The translations under genes were made by a program, and so were the position numbers. 18,614 nt of DNA from PVC group bacterium. Lineage in GTDB: Bacteria; GCA-001730085; JADFSZ01. Of the stretch, positions 16,456 to 18,614 are shown one piece after another. Positions within the stretch are counted from its first letter, which is position 1; each line of letters opens with the position of its first letter. The stretch is taken from positions 1-18,614 of the forward strand of contig JADFSZ010000011.1 of the NCBI GenBank assembly GCA_022560555.1, given 5' to 3'. The notes under the pieces were generated by a model that worked only from the letters and a program-made list of their open reading frames with translations, did not search any database and was not told where the DNA came from.

Positions 16456-17958
16456 ATGAAATCTATTCGGTCATCCGGAATTTTACTTCATATCACGAGT
16501 TTACCAGGATCTTTTGGTATTGGTGACCTGGGACCGTCTGCGTATCAATTTGCTGATTTTTTGAATCGGTCCGGAGTTGCTTTTTGGCAGATCCTTCCTA
16601 TAAATCACATCGATCCCACGGGCGGTCATTCGCCCTACAGCGCTTTATCCGTATTCGCGGGCGATCCCTGGCTGATTAGTTTGGAAAAACTTTGTTCCAT
16701 GGGTCTGCTCCAAAAAAAAGATATTCTAGCCTCCGTCATACCTTCCGAGGATAGTGTGGATTTTCAAAAGATGACGGATGTGAAGGAGCCTCTCTTTGAG
16801 AAAGCGTTTAAGAAGTTTTGTTTAAAAGATAGATATCGCGCTTCATTCAAGAAATTTTGCGCGGATCAGGCTGAATGGCTGGATTCGTACACGATATTTA
16901 TCAGTATCAGAAATCAGCTGCACGGTAAGAACTGGTGGAAGTGGCCTAAAAACCTGCGGGACCGGGATCCGAGCCTCATAAGAAAGGTTCAAAAGAACCT
17001 GAAAAATGATATTTTGAAAGAAAAGTTTCTGCAGTATATATTTTTCCGGCAATGGTTTGAGCTTAAAAGCTATTGCCGTAAAAAAGGTATCCGGATTATC
17101 GGGGATGTGCCGATCTATGTCGGACGGGACAGTGTGGATGTGTGGGCGCACCGGCGTATCTTCTCTCTTAAAAAAAATGGTATTCCGACAGCTGTGAGCG
17201 GTGCGCCGCCGGATTATTACAGCCGGACAGGACAGCGTTGGGGCAACCCTCTATACAGGTGGGACGTTTTAAGAAAAACCCGGTATGCCTGGTGGATGAA
17301 AAGACTGAATCACAATTTGAAGCTTTTTGATAAAATCCGCATTGATCACTTCCGGGGTTTTGTGGCATATTGGGCGATCCCCACGCATCATAAATCGGCG
17401 CGGCGTGGGAAATGGGTGAAAGCACCGGCGCGTGATTTTTTAAAAGTGGTCCTTCAAAAAATCCCGAAGAGCGCAATTATTGCCGAAGACTTGGGGTATA
17501 TCACGGCTGATGTACGAAAGGTGATGGATCATTTCGGTTTTGCCGGAATGCGGTTGTTGCTCTTTGGGTTCGGCCCAAAATTTTTAACCCATCGTTTTGC
17601 GCCTCACAATCATGTACGTAACTGTGTGGTGTACACAGGAACGCATGACAACAATACGGCGATAGGCTGGCTCCGACAAGAAGCCACAAAAGCCGACAGG
17701 AAAAGACTTGAACAGTATGTCGCACAAAAGGTCACCAAAGACAATGTGGCGTCTGTGATGCGGATGATGGCGTGGAAGTCTGTGGCGGATCTTGCGGTTG
17801 TTCCGATTCAGGATGTGTTGGAATTGGGGCCTAAAGCCCGTATGAATATTCCGGCTACGGTGAAGGGGAATTGGGTCTGGAAATTGACAGACTTGGACTT
17901 TGCACCCATGGTGTCAAAAATGCTTTATACAGAATTAAAAACCTGCAAAAGAATCTAG
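16456..17958 (+). CDS. malQ: 4-alpha-glucanotransferase (amylomaltase, GH77)
   Basis: 500 aa. Motifs: GILLHITSLPGSFGIGDLG, SPYSALSVFAG, IIGDVPIYV, RIDHFRGF, IIAEDLGYIT and YTGTHDNNT. Confidence 0.93.
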   Translation: MKSIRSSGILLHITSLPGSFGIGDLGPSAYQFADFLNRSGVAFWQILPINHIDPTGGHSPYSALSVFAGDPWLISLEKLCSMGLLQKKDILASVIPSEDSVDFQKMTDVKEPLFEKAFKKFCLKDRYRASFKKFCADQAEWLDSYTIFISIRNQLHGKNWWKWPKNLRDRDPSLIRKVQKNLKNDILKEKFLQYIFFRQWFELKSYCRKKGIRIIGDVPIYVGRDSVDVWAHRRIFSLKKNGIPTAVSGAPPDYYSRTGQRWGNPLYRWDVLRKTRYAWWMKRLNHNLKLFDKIRIDHFRGFVAYWAIPTHHKSARRGKWVKAPARDFLKVVLQKIPKSAIIAEDLGYITADVRKVMDHFGFAGMRLLLFGFGPKFLTHRFAPHNHVRNCVVYTGTHDNNTAIGWLRQEATKADRKRLEQYVAQKVTKDNVASVMRMMAWKSVADLAVVPIQDVLELGPKARMNIPATVKGNWVWKLTDLDFAPMVSKMLYTELKTCKRI

Positions 17959-18167
17959 AATTTTTTATTCCTTTTACCAAATCCATACCAGCCGACGCCA
18001 AGGCCGATCAAAAAAATCAATGGGTATAGCAGGATACGGCTCATCGTAATGCGCCAAAAAAGAATTTCGAGAGAAACGGGTTCGGTATTTTGGAAAATGA
18101 TGATGACGAGAAGAATCGCGAGCGCGATGATGCCGTATTTCTTGACTTGAGTTTTGTTTATTTCCAT
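17955..18167 (-). CDS. Small LapA-domain (DUF1049-like) inner-membrane protein
   Basis: 70 aa with two hydrophobic helices flanking IFQNTEPVSLEILFWRITMS, and a basic C-terminus (GKRNKKF). I prefer it to the overlapping ORF 17974-18186, which has no membrane or domain features. Confidence 0.65.
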   Translation of the reverse strand: MEINKTQVKKYGIIALAILLVIIIFQNTEPVSLEILFWRITMSRILLYPLIFLIGLGVGWYGFGKRNKKF

Positions 18168-18203
18168 GAGGGGGCCCTTTCTTCAAATTTGGCAGCTTGT
18201 ATT

Positions 18204-18231
18204 ATTATAGTTGAAATACCTCAATTGTCAC
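18204..18231 (-). promoter_or_regulatory. Candidate promoter for the LapA-like gene
   Basis: On the minus strand: GTGACA, a 16-nt spacer, then TATAAT. It lies about 37 nt upstream of the ATG at 18167. Confidence 0.45.
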
Positions 18232-18260
18232 CGTTGAATCTTGATTGGGCAGGATTGCTT

Positions 18261-18337
18261 CTCCCGAATGAAGTAGCCCAGAATGTTCAGCTTCGGGATG
18301 CCGAAGAAATTCTTAAGAAGTGAGCTTCATTCGGCAT
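18261..18337 (+). repeat. Structured 77-nt repeat, copy B
   Basis: Same orientation as 1443-1518 and collinear with it. The stem-forming segments are conserved, while the loops differ (H1 loop TGAAGTAGCCCAGAATGTTCAGC versus TGAGGAGGCCCAGGAAGTATAGC). Confidence 0.8.
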
Positions 18338-18342
18338 TTTTT
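18298..18342 (+). terminator. Rho-independent terminator formed by the 3' hairpin of repeat copy B
   Basis: ATGCCGAAGAA...TTCATTCGGCAT forms 11 bp with one bulged A and is followed directly by a T-run; the six-T run 18337-18342 includes the last stem base. No annotated plus-strand gene ends immediately upstream. Confidence 0.5.
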
Positions 18343-18487
18343 CTTGCCTCTATGGTTTGTGCGGGCACAATTGATGCATTTTGGCCAAAAACCTTGCTTT
18401 TGATGACCCTTTTTCCCTCATAACTCCGGGTGGCATGACGATTGCGTTCTATACATTACGGTCTCGATTTTTCAAAAACAAAGCAGG

Positions 18488-18516
18488 TTGACTCAAAACA
18501 ATCAAAGTGGGAAAAT
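18488..18516 (+). promoter_or_regulatory. Candidate promoter for the downstream partial gene
   Basis: TTGACT (18488-18493), a 17-nt spacer, then GAAAAT (18511-18516). A GGGAAA/TTTCCC inverted repeat (18509-18530) overlaps the -10 element and the predicted transcription start. Confidence 0.4.
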
Positions 18517-18555
18517 AACAGTGTTTCCCTAACACATTAAACGTGAGAGAGAAAA

Positions 18556-18614
18556 ATGAATAAGCCAAATACATATAATGTATTATCTGTTTTTTTAATT
18601 TCGTCGTTTCTGTT
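18556..18614 (+). CDS. 5' end of an unidentified gene with a signal-peptide-like N-terminus, truncated by the window edge
   Basis: ATG follows a purine-rich GAGAGAGAAAA. Translation is MNKPNTYNVLSVFLISSFL..., and only 19 codons are visible. Confidence 0.35.
   Translation, partial: MNKPNTYNVLSVFLISSFL

Noticed and set aside
18090-18323. A 77-aa plus-strand ORF spanning the lapA-like 5' end and repeat copy B
   Set aside because: It overlaps the better-supported minus-strand LapA-like gene and its promoter. It has no ribosome-binding site or recognisable motif, and its 3' part is the non-coding repeat.
1443-18337. A genomic island bounded by att-like direct repeats next to a tRNA
   Set aside because: No integrase, excisionase or other mobility genes lie between the repeats, and the content is housekeeping or metabolic. 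The repeat is hairpin-structured rather than derived from the tRNA 3' end, and the tRNA lies inside rather than at the junction. This remains a low-probability alternative under the repeat finding.
1-18614. CRISPR arrays, defence systems, toxin-antitoxin pairs, or transposase or integrase genes
   Set aside because: There is no array of short regularly spaced repeats; the only repeat family has two copies 16.8 kb apart. No ORF carries nuclease, integrase, transposase or toxin-like motifs that I can recognise.

Overview
This 18.6-kb window comes from a moderately AT-rich bacterium that looks diderm, because it encodes a beta-barrel outer-membrane protein and a LapA-like protein. I cannot assign taxonomy from the sequence alone. 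About 13.5 kb is a compact alpha-glucan (glycogen) cluster. A GT4 GlgM/Corynebacterium-type 'glycogen synthase' lies on the minus strand, divergent from glgC. A small DUF2934 gene follows, and then a same-strand run of glgP, glgE (maltosyltransferase), glgB, a large GH57 enzyme and malQ. glgB is interrupted by one in-frame TAA but is otherwise intact. Upstream of the cluster are a PilZ-domain gene, an outer-membrane beta-barrel gene, tRNA-Arg(ACG), an orphan NuoF-like flavoprotein gene and a CdaA-type diadenylate cyclase fused to a YbbR-like domain. The cluster ends at a small LapA-like membrane protein gene on the minus strand, and a new gene starts at the 3' edge. The main non-genic signal is a roughly 76-nt, highly structured repeat present twice in direct orientation (1443-1518 and 18261-18337). 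The two copies bracket everything from the tRNA to the LapA-like gene. Copy A sits inside a duplicated 5' fragment of the tRNA-Arg gene. Copy B ends in a U-tract terminator and has attenuator-like alternative pairings. I see no integrase, transposase, CRISPR array, toxin or recognisable defence genes, so the gene content looks like core metabolism. All calls come from reading motifs by eye; no database search or computation was possible.
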